Shown: in pieces, positions 39,501 through 52,779 of the stretch
How the letters are laid out: each line of letters opens with the position of its first letter
How positions within the stretch are numbered: position 1 is the first letter of the stretch
Assembly (NCBI RefSeq): GCF_018350175.1
Contig: NC_058368.1
Span: 218,738,001-218,802,000, forward strand
Reading direction: 5' to 3'
Length of the DNA stretch: 64,000 bases
From: Felis catus
Taxonomy: Eukaryota
Position numbers and translations under genes: made by a program
Notes under the pieces: generated by a model
What the model saw: the letters and a program-made list of their open reading frames with translations, nothing else
What the model was told of the DNA's origin: nothing
Database searches by the model: none

Positions 39501-39656
39501 GCACAGTCTTCAAGGGATGAATGCACGCTAAAATTGCAGTGAAAGACAAGTAGTAGCTCCCCATGTACCCAGAGAAAAATAAATAAACAAAATGTTAATA
39601 AAAACATTAACTCATAGAAATTGTTGAAATACTTAGTAGTGTAGTAAATTGAACAT

Positions 39657-39720
39657 TGTGTGTGTGTGTGTGTGTGTGTATACATACACAGAGGCAGAGT
39701 AATATGGGGGGCTTGGTGTC

Positions 39721-39765
<45 letters not shown>
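39657..39765. repeat. (TG)n and (ATCT)n (about 11 units) microsatellites separated by a 31-bp insert
   Basis: Direct inspection. Confidence 0.95.
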
Positions 39766-39766
<1 letters not shown>

Positions 39767-40019
39767 GTTTCACTTGGAATTGGTTCTATACAATGCCAAA
39801 ATAGCTGTCCAAATCAATCCAACTAAAAGTAGTAAAACTAGTACAGGGCATACATAAATTATTTAGTTTTGTTCTCATCATTCAGTTAACAAGCTAATTT
39901 TGTAAATAGTTGGACAAAAATTTATTCAGACAAATGCATGAACAGGAATTGTTATAGAAATAAAGTAAAACCATCAATAATTCAACTCCAAGTTTATAAT
40001 TTCAATGACTGTTAGTTTT

Positions 40020-40228
40020 TGCTTTTTTTTTTTTAACGTTTATTTTTGAGACAGAGACAGAGCATGAACAGGGGAAGGGCAGAGAGAGAGGGAGACACAG
40101 AATCGGAAACAGTCTCCAGGCTCTGAGCCATCAGCCCAGAGCCTGACGCGGGGCTCGAACTCCCGGACCGCGAGATCGTGACCTGGCTGAAGTCGGACGC
40201 TTAACCGACTGCGCCACCCAGGCGCCCC
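40020..40228 (-). mobile_element. Young SINEC_Fc
   Basis: Perfect 16-bp TSD AATGACTGTTAGTTTT. Confidence 0.97.
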
Positions 40229-40460
40229 AATGACTGTTAGTTTTAAACGTCTTGATGTAATGCTAATCGCTCATGACATGAATACATTGTCTATGACTTT
40301 GTAAAAAGCTAATCATACATGAATTTAGAGTATACTGTATATAGCTTCTATGTCAATAGTTCAGTAGTTCAAACTTAACTATCTTCTAGTTGTTAGTATA
40401 GAAAAACACAAGCATAAAGTAGAAATTTCATGATTTTGGCAATAGGGATCCATGGGGTTC

Positions 40461-40644
40461 TTTTTTTTTTTTGAAAAAGAGTGAGCAGGGGAGGGCAGAG
40501 AGAGAGGGAGGGAGATAATCCCAAGCAGACTTTGCAGTGCAGTGCAGAGCCCAACATGTGGACCGAACTCATGAACCATGAGATCGTGACCTCAGCCAAA
40601 ATCAAGTGTCCAACGCTTAACCAACTGAACCAACCAGGCAACCC
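40461..40644 (-). mobile_element. SINEC
   Basis: Antisense copy, no clear TSD. Confidence 0.9.
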
Positions 40645-40649
40645 ACAAG

Positions 40650-40880
40650 CATTTCTTTTTAAAAGTAACTCTATCGAGGTGTGATTAATATACAATAAAC
40701 AATACATGTTTAAACATCTTGACAATTTTATATATATACACCCATGAAATCATCATCACAATTAAGGTAATGAATATATTCATCACCATGCATGCTCTTG
40801 CACCCTATTTTAATTTCTTCTTTATGTCTCTTTCTCTTACATACACAACAGGTTACCACTTATCTGCTATTTTCTATATT
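40650..40880 (-). mobile_element. Old L1 3' end (L1MA/MB-like)
   Basis: ATATACACCCATGAAATCATCATCACAATTAAGGTAATGAATATATTCATCACC. Confidence 0.75.
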
Positions 40881-40899
40881 TTGTCTGTGTTTCTCTTTA

Positions 40900-43130
40900 T
40901 TTATGGAAGCAGGATAAATGTGGCCTCTGTTGCTTCATCTTAGTCGTAAGTGGAAGTCTACATTTTTTATACTGTAAAATGTATCTCCTGAGAAGGAAAA
41001 ATATTGAGCAATATGGCAACAGATAAAGATTGTTTCAAGTCCATAGCTAGTAATGCTGATGGAAGTGCTATTGTCAGGGAAGACAAACCCATACCCGAAA
41101 TATGCATTTTATGAGAAAAATCACTATTCAATCCTTGATGAAAAGGATTTAATCAGTCTACTACAAGGTTGTCAGCTAGCTGCTCCGATGTAATTGTGAC
41201 ATATCAGTGTTACAGCATCAGCCTGTAATGGTAACAGGTTTTGCAATAAGTAGTCGTATTAGAGAAAACTTGAAGTCCAAATGTCTGAGTTAATGTTCTT
41301 TCACTTTACTTGCCCCATGGCAGGCATATTCACTGGATATAAATAGTTCTACATAATGTGCCCGTATAGAAAGCACTAATCCATTCTTACCGCTTCAGAT
41401 CTACTTGCCACATTAAACTTTTTGGTTTTTTTTCCCAATTCTTAGTCAAGCTGGTCAACTTATTAGTCACTGTCTAGGATCCATATGTAGATATATCTAT
41501 GTCTCAAGTCATTTATACTTCCACATAAAGTGGACCAGATATTTCACCCAAATATCTGTTTACTGGAAGGATTTTCTGTCCCTAAAGTTATTAAAAGCAA
41601 CCCAAGTAGTATCTCCATGCAGCAGTCGTACATATTCAGCTGGGCTTGAAATATAATAGGGACCCATCTATAAATGAGGATAGACCATAGGCAACTCCCC
41701 ACGAGACACTAGACATAGATCGAAGAGATCTATAATTTATATTTATATGTATATATATTTCTATATATAATGTAAATGTATAAAAATTGATATATAATCC
41801 ACCTTAAACTTGATTATTAACCACATTTAATTGTTGGTTTAGCTTATCTTATATACTGTGTTTATGAAGGTGATTAGAGAGGTAGAGTAATATGGGGGGC
41901 TTGGTGTCTCCTGGTCAGGAGTTTAGCTTCCACCAGGGCTCATTAGGAAGCTAAACCCTGGCATTCTTCCAAAGCCATGCTGGTGTGTGCTGTGATTCTC
42001 CAAAGAGAGCTCACCAGAGACTCCATTCAGAATTTATTACTGCCACAGATACTTCTAATACCATTTGATGTGCTGGATCATAAAGCAAGACAGCTTGCAC
42101 CACAGCTTGAACCTAATTCAGAGACCTATTTTGTTCCACAACCCACTCAAAATCGGCAGCCTTATGGGTTACCTGATAAATGGGTTAGGCAGCAGAGCCA
42201 AATGTAGTATATATTTGCTCCAAAATCCAAGGAGACGCACCAAGACTTTTGCCTTTTTCTCATGGTGAATGGTACAAGGGGTCTCTTATCTACAAGGCCG
42301 CCCCATATCACTCCTCTGCATGAGGTGTTTGAGATGAACAACTTTCTTTTTAACTGTACTATCATAAAGAGAAAGAAAATTGATATGGTCCTTTGGCAAG
42401 ACACCAAGTATAATCAGAACCTAACATAACTTTTTTTTTTCTTATTTATGGGCATTAGGAAAAAATGTTGCATAATAGATGCTAGGGTTTTCATTTTTTA
42501 GATAAAGACATCACATCTGGAAAAGGAGTTATAATTAGCATCCTCACTCAAGAATTGTGTGATGACATCACTATAATTCTTTATGACTCTTAGATCAAAA
42601 GATTTAAATGGAGATAAGTAATCTTTATCAACTTTGCATTCCTAAAGCCTGTGGTAATAATAGAAATACTCTACAGTTCACCTGCTATGTTTCACTGTCT
42701 TTGTAGGATGTGGACAGTTTTAAGAGAATCTAACTAGCTTTTTCTATATATTGACTCCTGTCTGTAGTATCGCTCCAAATGTTAGTGCACCATGGTGGGG
42801 ACTCGGCAGATACTAAGTGTATCTATTCTGACTATATCGGTATAGGGGAAACAACCATGGGGCAGATCTGCAGTCATATTAAGTCCACCGCTAGAAGGAC
42901 TTGGATTAATACTTAATTTATTCTGACTGGTGGACCAGAATGGCATTTTGCATCTTTGAAGATCAGCAAAAGCTAAGGCATTATATAGTATCTTCAGTTT
43001 GTATCTGAGAATGTCATTGGTTAATGGCTGAAACTCTCTCTGGTGAAGGCTTCAGACAACAGTCTCAGGATTTATGTGAGGCTCCAATGTTGGGCTCTTC
43101 CTTAAAGGCACCTTGCTTCCTCCACAGTGG
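40900..43130 (-). mobile_element. Highly decayed ERVL-class internal (pol) remnant
   Basis: CAGGGAAGACAAACCCATACCCGAAATATG resembles the antisense ERVL integrase region; CAGATCTGCAGTCATATT resembles the antisense RT WRMT region; no open frame. Confidence 0.55.
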
Positions 43131-43166
43131 AAGAAATCCAGGAATAGTTTCTAAAACTTTGGGTGT

Positions 43167-43632
43167 TGTGTTAGTTTCCTGGGGCTGCCATAGCAACTTA
43201 CTACAAACTGGATGCCATAAAAAGCAGTAATTTCTCTCTCACAGTTCTGGAGGCTAGAAGTCCAAATTTAGAATATTAGCAGAGTTTTTTTTTTTTCTTG
43301 CTACTTTCAGGGAGAATCTGTTTCATGCCTGTGTCCTAGCTTCTCAGGGCTGCTGGCAGTCCTTGTTCCTAGGCTTATAACTGGATCACCCTATTCTTTC
43401 ACTCCATCATCATGTGGCCTCTTTGCCTGTGTCTCTTCTGTATCTATTTCTCCAAATCTCTCTCTCCTTATAAGGATAACAGTCATTGGATTCAAAACTC
43501 ACCCTTATCTCGTATGACGTTATCTTAACTTGATTACGTATGCAAAAACACTGTTTCTGAATAAAGTTCCATCCACATGTACCAGGTATTAGGATTTACT
43601 ATACCTTTAGAAGATACAATTCAACCTACAAC
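43167..43632 (-). mobile_element. MaLR LTR (MLT1C-like)
   Basis: TGTGTTAGTTTCCTGGGGCTGCCATAGCAA...CTCTCACAGTTCTGGAGGCTAGAAGTCCAAA...ACAATTCAACCTACAACA. Confidence 0.88.
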
Positions 43633-46289
43633 AGGTGTATGGGCATTGCAAAAGACAGTGTAGTAACTCTGAACTTAGTGCTGCAGAGAGCAGAGTGACA
43701 AATGTGGAATGGACCAGGAAGGGCAAATGGAAGATACCAAGTACACATGGAAACTGGACAAAGTAATCAGGAGAGATGTTTTTTAAATTTATTTTATTTA
43801 TTATTATTATTATTATTATTGTTGTTGTTATTTTAAGAGAGATGGTTTTTGAGAACAAAACTCTGAACAGTAGAAAACAGTCTGGTCAAGGAAATCAATT
43901 AAACTCTCTATCAAGTTGTACTTGGAGTCTTTGTGCATTATGATATGGGGTATGCTTTGAGTTAAAATCTGCTATGTAACAATTGAGAGTAATTTTTTAA
44001 ATGGGACTTTTTATTATACTACCCTATTTTTTGCTCTAACTTTTCAGAGCAGATATTTTGGTAGTGGTTGTAAGTTGTCCTTTATCCATGAGTCGCCAAA
44101 ATTAACCAAGACAAAATGGACACAATGCGTAACACTGGACTTGGGCCAGGATATCAAATTTTGGTAAAACTTTGGTTTGCCTTCTTTTCAGTAAGTTAAT
44201 AATGTTATTTAATATTTATTTGTCTAAATGTCAATATACCTTATGATCACAACCATTGCTTATGAATGACATATTTTCTATTTGGTCATTGCCTGTGCTG
44301 TAATGATTATTAAAGTTTTTGACTGGATACATGCAGTGGTACTAGTTTCCTTTTCAGATTATATATCTGAGAAAATGGTGGATGTGTATTTTTACAGCCA
44401 AGGTATACAAGAAAATGGATGTTTGTTGTTTTGCTGCCCAGCATCAGCTGTGAATTTCATTATGATAAAAAGCTTTTTACGTGGCGTTTGGAAGATTATC
44501 TCTATCCCAATCCATGTAGTCAGGGGAGGTATTTATTAGGTATATCCATACCTCCCAATGGCTATAGTGATTAGCATGTGACTCAGTTAACATAATCACA
44601 AGTGTACTGATTCAGGGATGGCCATATAACACAAAACAAATGCAGTGGTGTTTTCCGTAGGGTTTAACATAGAATACTGGGGTCATTATCTGAAGTCTTC
44701 AAATTGAGACTGCTGAAAGCTTAGAATTCCTGAAACCACGTTCCCTAAGTTTCTCAATACTAAAAAAACAAACAAAAAATAAATAAATCTCATCTTAGAG
44801 AAAAGATTACCCCAAAGATGGAAAAATCTCAGAAATTCACAACTTTGGTATGGTACTTGTATCTTTCATTCAGGCCAGAAATAACTTACCAGGATTTCCA
44901 GAATGCACATGAAAATAAATTTGCCTTTGGTTTAAGAGTGTCTGATTAATCTTCCTGATGTCCAAATAAAAATATCTTTACTAAATAGCAGAATTAAAAT
45001 AAATCAGTAGATTCATCCAACTGTATTTAGTATTAATACCAGATTTTACATCTGTTTTGTACTTTTCTTAAATCATTGGCTCATTAACTCCAGAGCATAG
45101 TCATAGCAAGAATTTGGCATATGGAACTGAAGGAAAAATGGTAGCTTTATGCAGAAAGAACTAAATACTTCTGTGATGGATACATAACAGTAGAACAAAA
45201 ATTAAACACAAGAATACATATACATGCATGTATATGTTTATGTGTGAAAGTTGAGTTTCTAAAATTATTCATTTCAAAGTAACTAGAATAGTTATCTCTC
45301 AACTATACATTTGAAGTTTACTGTAATACAGATGCTCATCTAAGTCTAAATTGGACTTAGCAAAAACATTTTTAAAATATTTGTTTCATTCTTTCATGTT
45401 TTAGGGCATTTATGCAGTTAATATTTTCCCCATATTATATACAAGAAAGCTGACTCAGTAAGTTCAGGTAACTTCCCCAAGGTCATTTTAATGAGCAAGT
45501 GAAATTGTCATTTTCACGCACATTTGCTCCAATGAACAAACAAACTGATCTAAAACAGTATCTGCTCTAGTGATATCCATTTGTACAAATCCAGACATTT
45601 GACTTTCAGTTCCATTTTCAGGGATGCCCTGTACCCCCAGGGAAATCAATCTAGTATTCTCTCAACATCTCAAAAATAATGAAAACAATAGTTATTCATC
45701 TTGGATCTCCTCTTTTTGGCACACTAACTTCGAGGACCTTCTATTGCTGGAAATGACTGCTCTCTTCTGTAGTAAGAAATTTCGCCGCTTATATTTGCAT
45801 CTGTCCAATTATGTTATCTCATCGTTGCTTTGGACTAAGCTCAAGCATTTTGCTTTGGGCAATACCAGTTACACTAGCCAGTTATACTCGACTAATTGTT
45901 AAGCATACTTACATTATTCAAATAAAAATATATTGTTTCTATCAGAATTTAATTATGAAGAATTCAGTTTTTATAGACAAATATTAAATCTATTGTGGAT
46001 TGCATACAGTGTCAAGAGCCAGGCAGAATAAAAATAATGAATTCTAACTGTCTAAAGATAATAGTTTCTTAGGAAAATGAAGATACCAACATTTTGTGAA
46101 TACACAGGTAGATGAAATATTATATAAGCTTGTTATTTTATGTGAATTTTTACCTTGCTCTGTAGAAGATTTTAAAGTTATATCCTATTTCATTTATAGT
46201 TCAGAACGTTCTAGCTGAGAGTATTGGAGTAATATTGTGAAAATTAATAATTTAAATAAGATACAAGCTATTTAAATAAGAATTATATA

Positions 46290-46515
46290 TTTTTTTTATC
46301 ATTGATGTATTTTAGAGAGAGAGAGAGAGAGAGAGAGAAAAGAGCACGAGTGGGGGAGGGGCACAGAGAGAGAGGGAGACAAAGAATCTGAAAGCAGGCT
46401 CCAGGCTCTGAACCGTCAGCCCAGAACCTGACGCGGGGGCCCGAACCCACAAACCGTGAGATCATGACCTGAGCCAAAGTCAGGGGCTCAACCGACTGAC
46501 CCACCCAGGTGCCCC
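46290..46515 (-). mobile_element. SINEC
   Basis: Antisense full-length copy. Confidence 0.95.
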
Positions 46516-46554
46516 TAAATACGCAGTATATTTTGATTTAAAAAGTATAGACTA

Positions 46555-46765
46555 GGGGCGCCTGGGTGGCTCAGTCAGTTAAGAGTCCGACTTCAGCTCA
46601 GGTCACGATCTCGCGGTCCATGAGTTCGAGCCCCGCGTCAGGCTCTGGGCTGATGGCTCAGAGCCTGGAGCCTGCTTCCGATTCTGTGTCTCTCTCTCTC
46701 TCTGCCCCTCCCCCGTTCATGTTCTGTCTCTGTATCAAAAATAAATAAACGTTAAAAAAATTTAA
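46555..46765 (+). mobile_element. SINEC_Fc-like
   Basis: Perfect 15-bp TSD AAAAAGTATAGACTA. Confidence 0.97.
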
Positions 46766-47661
46766 AAAAAGTATAGACTAATGCATTCTTAAGTGTTGTC
46801 CTTAGAGGACACAGTAATTCTTCATCTGGAGGAGAAAAGGAGAATATTAATTAATATGTATTATGAACTGACCAGGTAAAGGATAAAATTGCTATACCAT
46901 GCTAAAGTAAGAAGAGAAATGCTTTACTTTGGGTATACTCTACAAGTTTATGTCATAAAATTTTTATTCATATAGCACTTTTTGGAAGTATTTTCAAACA
47001 TTTATTTTGAAAGTTTTCAAAAATTTGGCTCAGATAGATCTGATATCTCTAATGACTTCAGAATTGATTTGGTGTTTCTATACACATTTAATGTAGTATT
47101 TTGGATTTTTCATCTATTAATGTTTACTCATTTGTATTTTTACAAGCATTGCATTGGAACACATGTCTTATTTTGAACCCAAAATGTTGTGTTGTAGTTC
47201 TGGATCTGTATCTTTCCTCTCTATAGACATGGATTATTTTGAGAACATTGCTTAAATAATCTAAGTTGTGAACCAGGACATAGCCCTCATGGACTTCAAT
47301 ATATAGAGTTCTAAGTTTGCTGATAGTAGTGCCCAGCAATGAAACCAAAATATAACATTAGAAAATTCTAAATAAAGGTGTTGAAATAAAGAACTTTTAC
47401 GGTATAATTCATTACATCAGAAATTGTGCATATGAGATCGGAGAAATTGATTCATATAGAAAACAAAAGGCATAGTCAAAAGCTGTTCTCTGAATCACTA
47501 GATTTTGCCCCAGGTATATGGATCCAGCCATCGGTAGAGAAGAAATAGGCAAAGATCCTAAGCAATTTCTGATTACATATTTAATCTTATCTTACTACCT
47601 ATAGCAATACCTCTTGTCATAGTGTTACTGCAGGTTTATAAGAGCATCAACTGAGATTACA

Positions 47662-48222
47662 TATGGTTTAGTTTTCCACTGTAGTATAACAAATGTCGCA
47701 AACTTAATGACATAAAATATCATCAATTTATTAGTTCACAGTTCTGTAACTAAAAGTCTGGCACAATGTATCTAAGATTGGGCTCAGGGTATCACAAGCT
47801 AAAATTAAGGCCAAGTTCTCATACAGAGTCTGGGGGGAAAATCAGCTTCTTAGCTCATTAGGTTGTTGGAAGAATTCAATTCCTGTGGCAGATGGACTGA
47901 AGTTCCTGTTTTCTTGTTGGCTGTTCGCTCTTGGGGACTGTGTACATCCTTTGACATGTGACTCCCCCCATCTTCAAACCAACAACAGCATGCCAAATCT
48001 TTCATGTGCTTTAAATCTCTGATTTTAAAGGTCTCATATGATTAGGTTAGGTCCAACAAAGTAGTCTCTTTTTCTTAAAGTCAACTGTGTCATATAATAT
48101 AGTTCAATCTCCTGAAAAAAAATTTACCCAAATCACAATCTCTAAGATTTTATGCAATGTGTCCATCGGTGTGAAGCCAGGCTGTTTTGGAGACAGTCAT
48201 TTTGTAATTCTGACTGCTACAA
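47662..48222 (-). mobile_element. MaLR LTR (MLT1D/E-like)
   Basis: TTAGTTTTCCACTGTAGTATAACAAAT...TTTATTAGTTCACAGTTCTGTA...GAATTCAATTCCTGTGG...AATTCTGACTGCTACA. Confidence 0.8.
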
Positions 48223-48899
48223 TGTGTATGAAACAATTTTGTAAATAATAAAGTCTAATTAAACAAATGGTATAAATACATCATATACATTCAGATTTGG
48301 CGACTTAAAAATATGTAGCCTTATACTGACCTCTGTTTTACTTTTAATTTGTGTTCTACATTTTTGTTTTGAAATACTATAACATACCGTGATGCAAAAA
48401 GTGCAAATGAATCCTTAGGGGAGAAAATGCTACTTGGGTTAGTTTATATTTTCAGCCTATGTAGTAAAACTTTATTAGGATTTCAGTTGCATGATGATAA
48501 TTGCAGCAATATTAAATAAATTGAGCAATTTAATAGAACAGAATTTCTTCAAGTTGTTCCCTGTATTTATTTTGATCATCAAAAGCTTATTGGGGCTCTT
48601 CACCTGTAGTAATGGTAGACTAGTTTATTCTCAATATTCTAGACCAAGTTTCCCAAGCAGGAAACCTACTAAAAACCAAGAAGCAAACAAATACTGAAGG
48701 CATCATAGGTTTACCAAGGCAGTGAGAATTGGTGGGGTCAACATCAAGGGTTAAGGAAGGCACAAAGATGTGAACATAGCACTTGACACTGCTTTTTCCT
48801 AAGAGGCATCTGGTAATTCCAAAATTCATGACCAAGAAACTAAGAAGCCAGGAAAGCATTTGGCAAATTTAAGATCTACTGCACAAAAATTGTGGTTTG

Positions 48900-50050
48900 G
48901 GGATCTGAAAAGAAGACAAGCTCTAAATAAGACATCTTTGGAGTAGGAAAAAGAAGAAACAAAACTGAAGGGCAAAAATGCAGCTTTAAATTATTCTGAT
49001 GTTAGTTTAGCTAGTCTCATGAAGCAAAAAATAAACTCATTTCAGAAGAAAACATCATAAATCCTCATATAATCTCTACAATTTTTCATACGCCATTCTG
49101 ACAATCAAAATAATAAGATAATTTTAAAATATCAATAATAAAAAAATTTAAATGCATTCAGGCATATAAAAAGACAAATGTTGGCTACAAACTAAATGAA
49201 AGAGCAGACAATAGAAATCATCCACAATTCCAGGTATTAGGGTTACCATGCATAAACTTAAAAATAAGTTTAATAATAAATAAGTTTAATGTATTAAATA
49301 AATTAAGAGCCCATGGAGGAATTTTTGAACTCAAGAGAAAGCAAACTTATAAACCAAAAGGTAAATTAATGGACCCAACCAAAGTAGGTCAGAAAAAAAA
49401 AAAATTCACATTGAATACAAAGGAAAAGATGTAACTACAAAATATCATGAAAAGCATGTGGGATTCAGATAGAAATTTAACAAATATATAACTGGAGTCT
49501 CAAAGAGCAGAGGTAAAATTTGATGTGAAATACATAATATTTTAAAAGACAATAATTTAGGGTGCTTGGGTGGCTTAGTTGGTTAAGTGTCTGACTCCTG
49601 ATTTTGGCTCCAGTCATGATCACAGTTCGTGAGTTCAAGTCCCCTGTCAGGTCTATGCTGACAATCCCTCCTTACGATTTTCTCTCCCTCTCTCCCTGCC
49701 CTTCCCTCACTTCTCTTTCTCTCTTTTTCTCAAAAAAAAAAAGATAAGCTTCAGAAAATATAATATTTAAAAAACAATAACTTATTAAATAAACATGAAA
49801 AACATCATGATGCAGATTTGTACAATCTGCATAACTAAGCAGATCTATCCTACAGCTCTAAGCAAGATAGATAATAAACAGGCATAACTATGTCTATGCA
49901 TTTTGTAGCAGTACTTATGAGAACATTACAAATATGAGATCATAATTGCAGTCTTTGGGAAAAAAAGACATATTAACATCACAGGAACAAAGTTTTCACT
50001 AACTGATAAAGCCAAGGGAGGAACCATCTAAGTAATGTCAAATATCCATA
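48900..50050 (+). mobile_element. Old L1M ORF1-region remnant
   Basis: A-rich L1-like sense sequence, e.g. ATATATAACTGGAGTCTCAAAGAG. Confidence 0.5.
49560..49770 (+). mobile_element. SINEC (older)
   Basis: GGGTGCTTGGGTGGCTTAG head, CT body, A tail. Confidence 0.9.
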
Positions 50051-50069
50051 GTCTTTCTCATAGGAAAAT

Positions 50070-50442
50070 TATTTTCATTTTATTTTCATTGAAGTATAAT
50101 TAATACATAGTGTTATATTAGTTTCAGGTGTACCACAAAATGATACAGTTCTCATTGTTGATACATTACTCATTGCTCAGTAAGGAAAGTGTACTCTTAA
50201 TCCCCTTTACCTATTTCCCCCATCCCTCCACCCAATTCCCCTCTGACAACTATCAGTTTGTTCTCTGTGTTTGAGTCTGTTTTTTGTCTGTTTGTTTTTC
50301 TTTGTTCATTTAAAATTCACATATGAGTGAAATGACATGGTATTTGTCTTTCTCTAACTGACTTTAATTCACTTAGTATCGATGTTGTTGCAAATGGCAA
50401 GATTTCATTCTTTTTTATACCTAGCAATATTCCATTGTGTGG

Positions 50443-50479
<37 letters not shown>

Positions 50480-50755
50480 CTTTATTCATCTATGGGTGAA
50501 CAGTTGGGTTACATCTATATCTTGGCTATTGTAAATAATGCTGCAGTAAGCATAGGGCCACATATACCTTTTCAAATTAATTTTTTTCCTTTTCTTTGAA
50601 TAAACACCCAGTAGTGGTATTACCAGATCATATGGTAATTCTATTTTTAATTTTTGGAAGAACCTACATACTGTTTTCCACAGTGGCCACACCATTTACA
50701 TTCCCACTAACAGGGCACGAGGGTTCCTTTATATCCAAATCCTCAGCAACGGTTA
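50070..50755 (-). mobile_element. Carnivore L1 3' portion containing an (AC)n tract
   Basis: Minus-strand translation MVWPLWKTVCRFFQKLKIELPYD matches the L1 ORF2 C-terminus; L1_Carn 3' UTR motifs. Confidence 0.92.
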
Positions 50756-51328
50756 TAAAATATTTCCATTCTTAATAATTTATTGAGATTCTAAGTGTTT
50801 TAATGAATTCCCATTGCCTTGAAGTTAAATCCAAGTTAGTAAATGTATACCATTCTCTTGTGTAAACAAATAAATAAAAATCTATTCGTTACAACCTCAG
50901 TTAGGCATTCTGTTATTCAAAGATGAAATCACACCTTACCTGCTACCTTTCAAATTTACCTATAAACCAATTATGCAAAATTTCATTATGGCTTCAAAAA
51001 ACAGTGTATTAGTATCTACCCCCCCCCCCAAAATAATAGCTGAAAGAGTTTGAGAGATAGAACAAGGGGAAGTTTTGAGGGAATTAGTTGCTGTATTTCC
51101 TTTATTGTATGTTTTAGTTCTATAACTTCCAATTTGTTCTTTTATATAACCTATTTATTTGCTAAGGTTTTCTATTTCTATTTCAAGACAATTTTTACTT
51201 AATTTTTAAACATCTTTTGATAGCTATTTAAAAAATCCTTATCAGATATTTTCAACATCTAACTCATCTGAAAGCTGGCATTGGTAGTTGATTATCTTTT
51301 TTCATTCCAGTTATGATTTTCTTGGTTC

Positions 51329-51551
51329 TTTTTTAAAAATTTTTAGTGTTTATTTATTTTTGAGAGAGAGAAAGAGAGACAGAGTGTAGTGGGGGGGGGG
51401 GGCAGAGAGAGAGGGAGACACAGAATCCAAAGCAGGCTCCAGGCTCCGAGCTGTCAGCACAGAGCCTGACGCAGGGTCTAACTCACGAGCATCAAGATCA
51501 TGACCTGAGCTGAAATCGGACGCTTAACTGATTGAGCCACCCAGGTGCCCC
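51329..51551 (-). mobile_element. SINEC without visible TSD
   Basis: Antisense full-length copy. Confidence 0.95.
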
Positions 51552-52146
51552 ACCTAGCTAGCCTCTTTATGTGTCTGCTTTCCTTCTCTCATTTCAGCCC
51601 ACCTATCCCAGTACCGCTAGTTAGAGGAGGGGTTTCCCACACCTGCCAACTTTCTCTAGCTCAGTCTCTCGTGTGGCCTCTTTTGCGTACCTGCTTAAAT
51701 TTCTCCCAGCAGGGTGGGTGGTTACAGGGAATCATAGGATTCCCAGGTCCTGTATAAAAAATGTTTTGGGGGTTAGTGCCCATATCAATTCTGTTTTTCC
51801 AGTTTTATAACATATTTTTAACCTCAGGCATGCCCAGAGTAAAAGTTCCCATTCCCATCTACATTCTTTTTTTTCCCCCAGATGTAAGCATACAACTATA
51901 TTCTGACCTATGCCTTATAAGTATAAATATTGTATCATAGCTTCTAGGAAGCTCCTTAAGAGACAGTAAAACTATGTCTTTTTAAAAACCTTTCCTTTGG
52001 TTCCTAGAAGAGAGAAGTTGACATATTAAACTGTAAGGCAAAGGCTATGGAAAGAAGAGCAGGGAGATGGAAGGATCTGATTCCTTGGTCCCAGACATCT
52101 CACTAGGCCTAGGCTATCTACCTAGAAATTTACCTGTGAGAGAAAA

Positions 52147-52150
<4 letters not shown>

Positions 52151-52206
<56 letters not shown>
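52151..52206. repeat. Pure (TA)28
   Basis: Direct inspection. Confidence 0.97.
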
Positions 52207-52208
<2 letters not shown>

Positions 52209-52779
52209 CACACCACTATTGCAATTTTCCATCATTTATAGGTAAATTTAATCATTACTAATACAAAATTTTCTGCCTAAAAGTAGGAAACTACCAAAGC
52301 TAAAACTTAAACGTGTCATTGGCTCAGCAGGTGATACAAAGGTGAATTTTGCAGATGGAAAGCTGTGTTTATTCATTCAATGAAATGATAAAATACTCAA
52401 TGAGACTTTTATTTACAATACCCTGTAAATCAGTCTATATCACGACTGAGGTCCTAGCATTATGATAACCTGTAGAAAAAAATGAAGGTGGTCATTTGTT
52501 GGCAATTTCTTTCTGTTCTCAGCAAAATCATATGAGAGAGAAAAGCTGAAAATAGAGCTAGCTCATCCGTGAACAAAGACATAATATTCACTCAATGGTA
52601 TCATTCAACTTTTGAAAGTAGGAAAGACAAATTGTTTTTGACCCCCAAATTGAAACAATTAGAAGACTTTGTCTTTCTTCAAGTTGTAAATCTACTTCTG
52701 ATATGAAGGTAAAGTTGTTGCTTTTCATCCAAACCATGTTTTTATTCTCATATGGTATGGTAGACCAAGTAAGAGCACC

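Noticed and set aside
42296..42322. Weak inverted similarity to the 31-bp duplicated motif
   Set aside because: Needs gaps and several mismatches; not distinguishable from chance
45612..45902. 92-aa ORF after a plus-strand acceptor-like site
   Set aside because: No recognisable homology or partner exons; expected by chance
50486..50695. ORF with real protein similarity
   Set aside because: Decayed L1 ORF2 C-terminus
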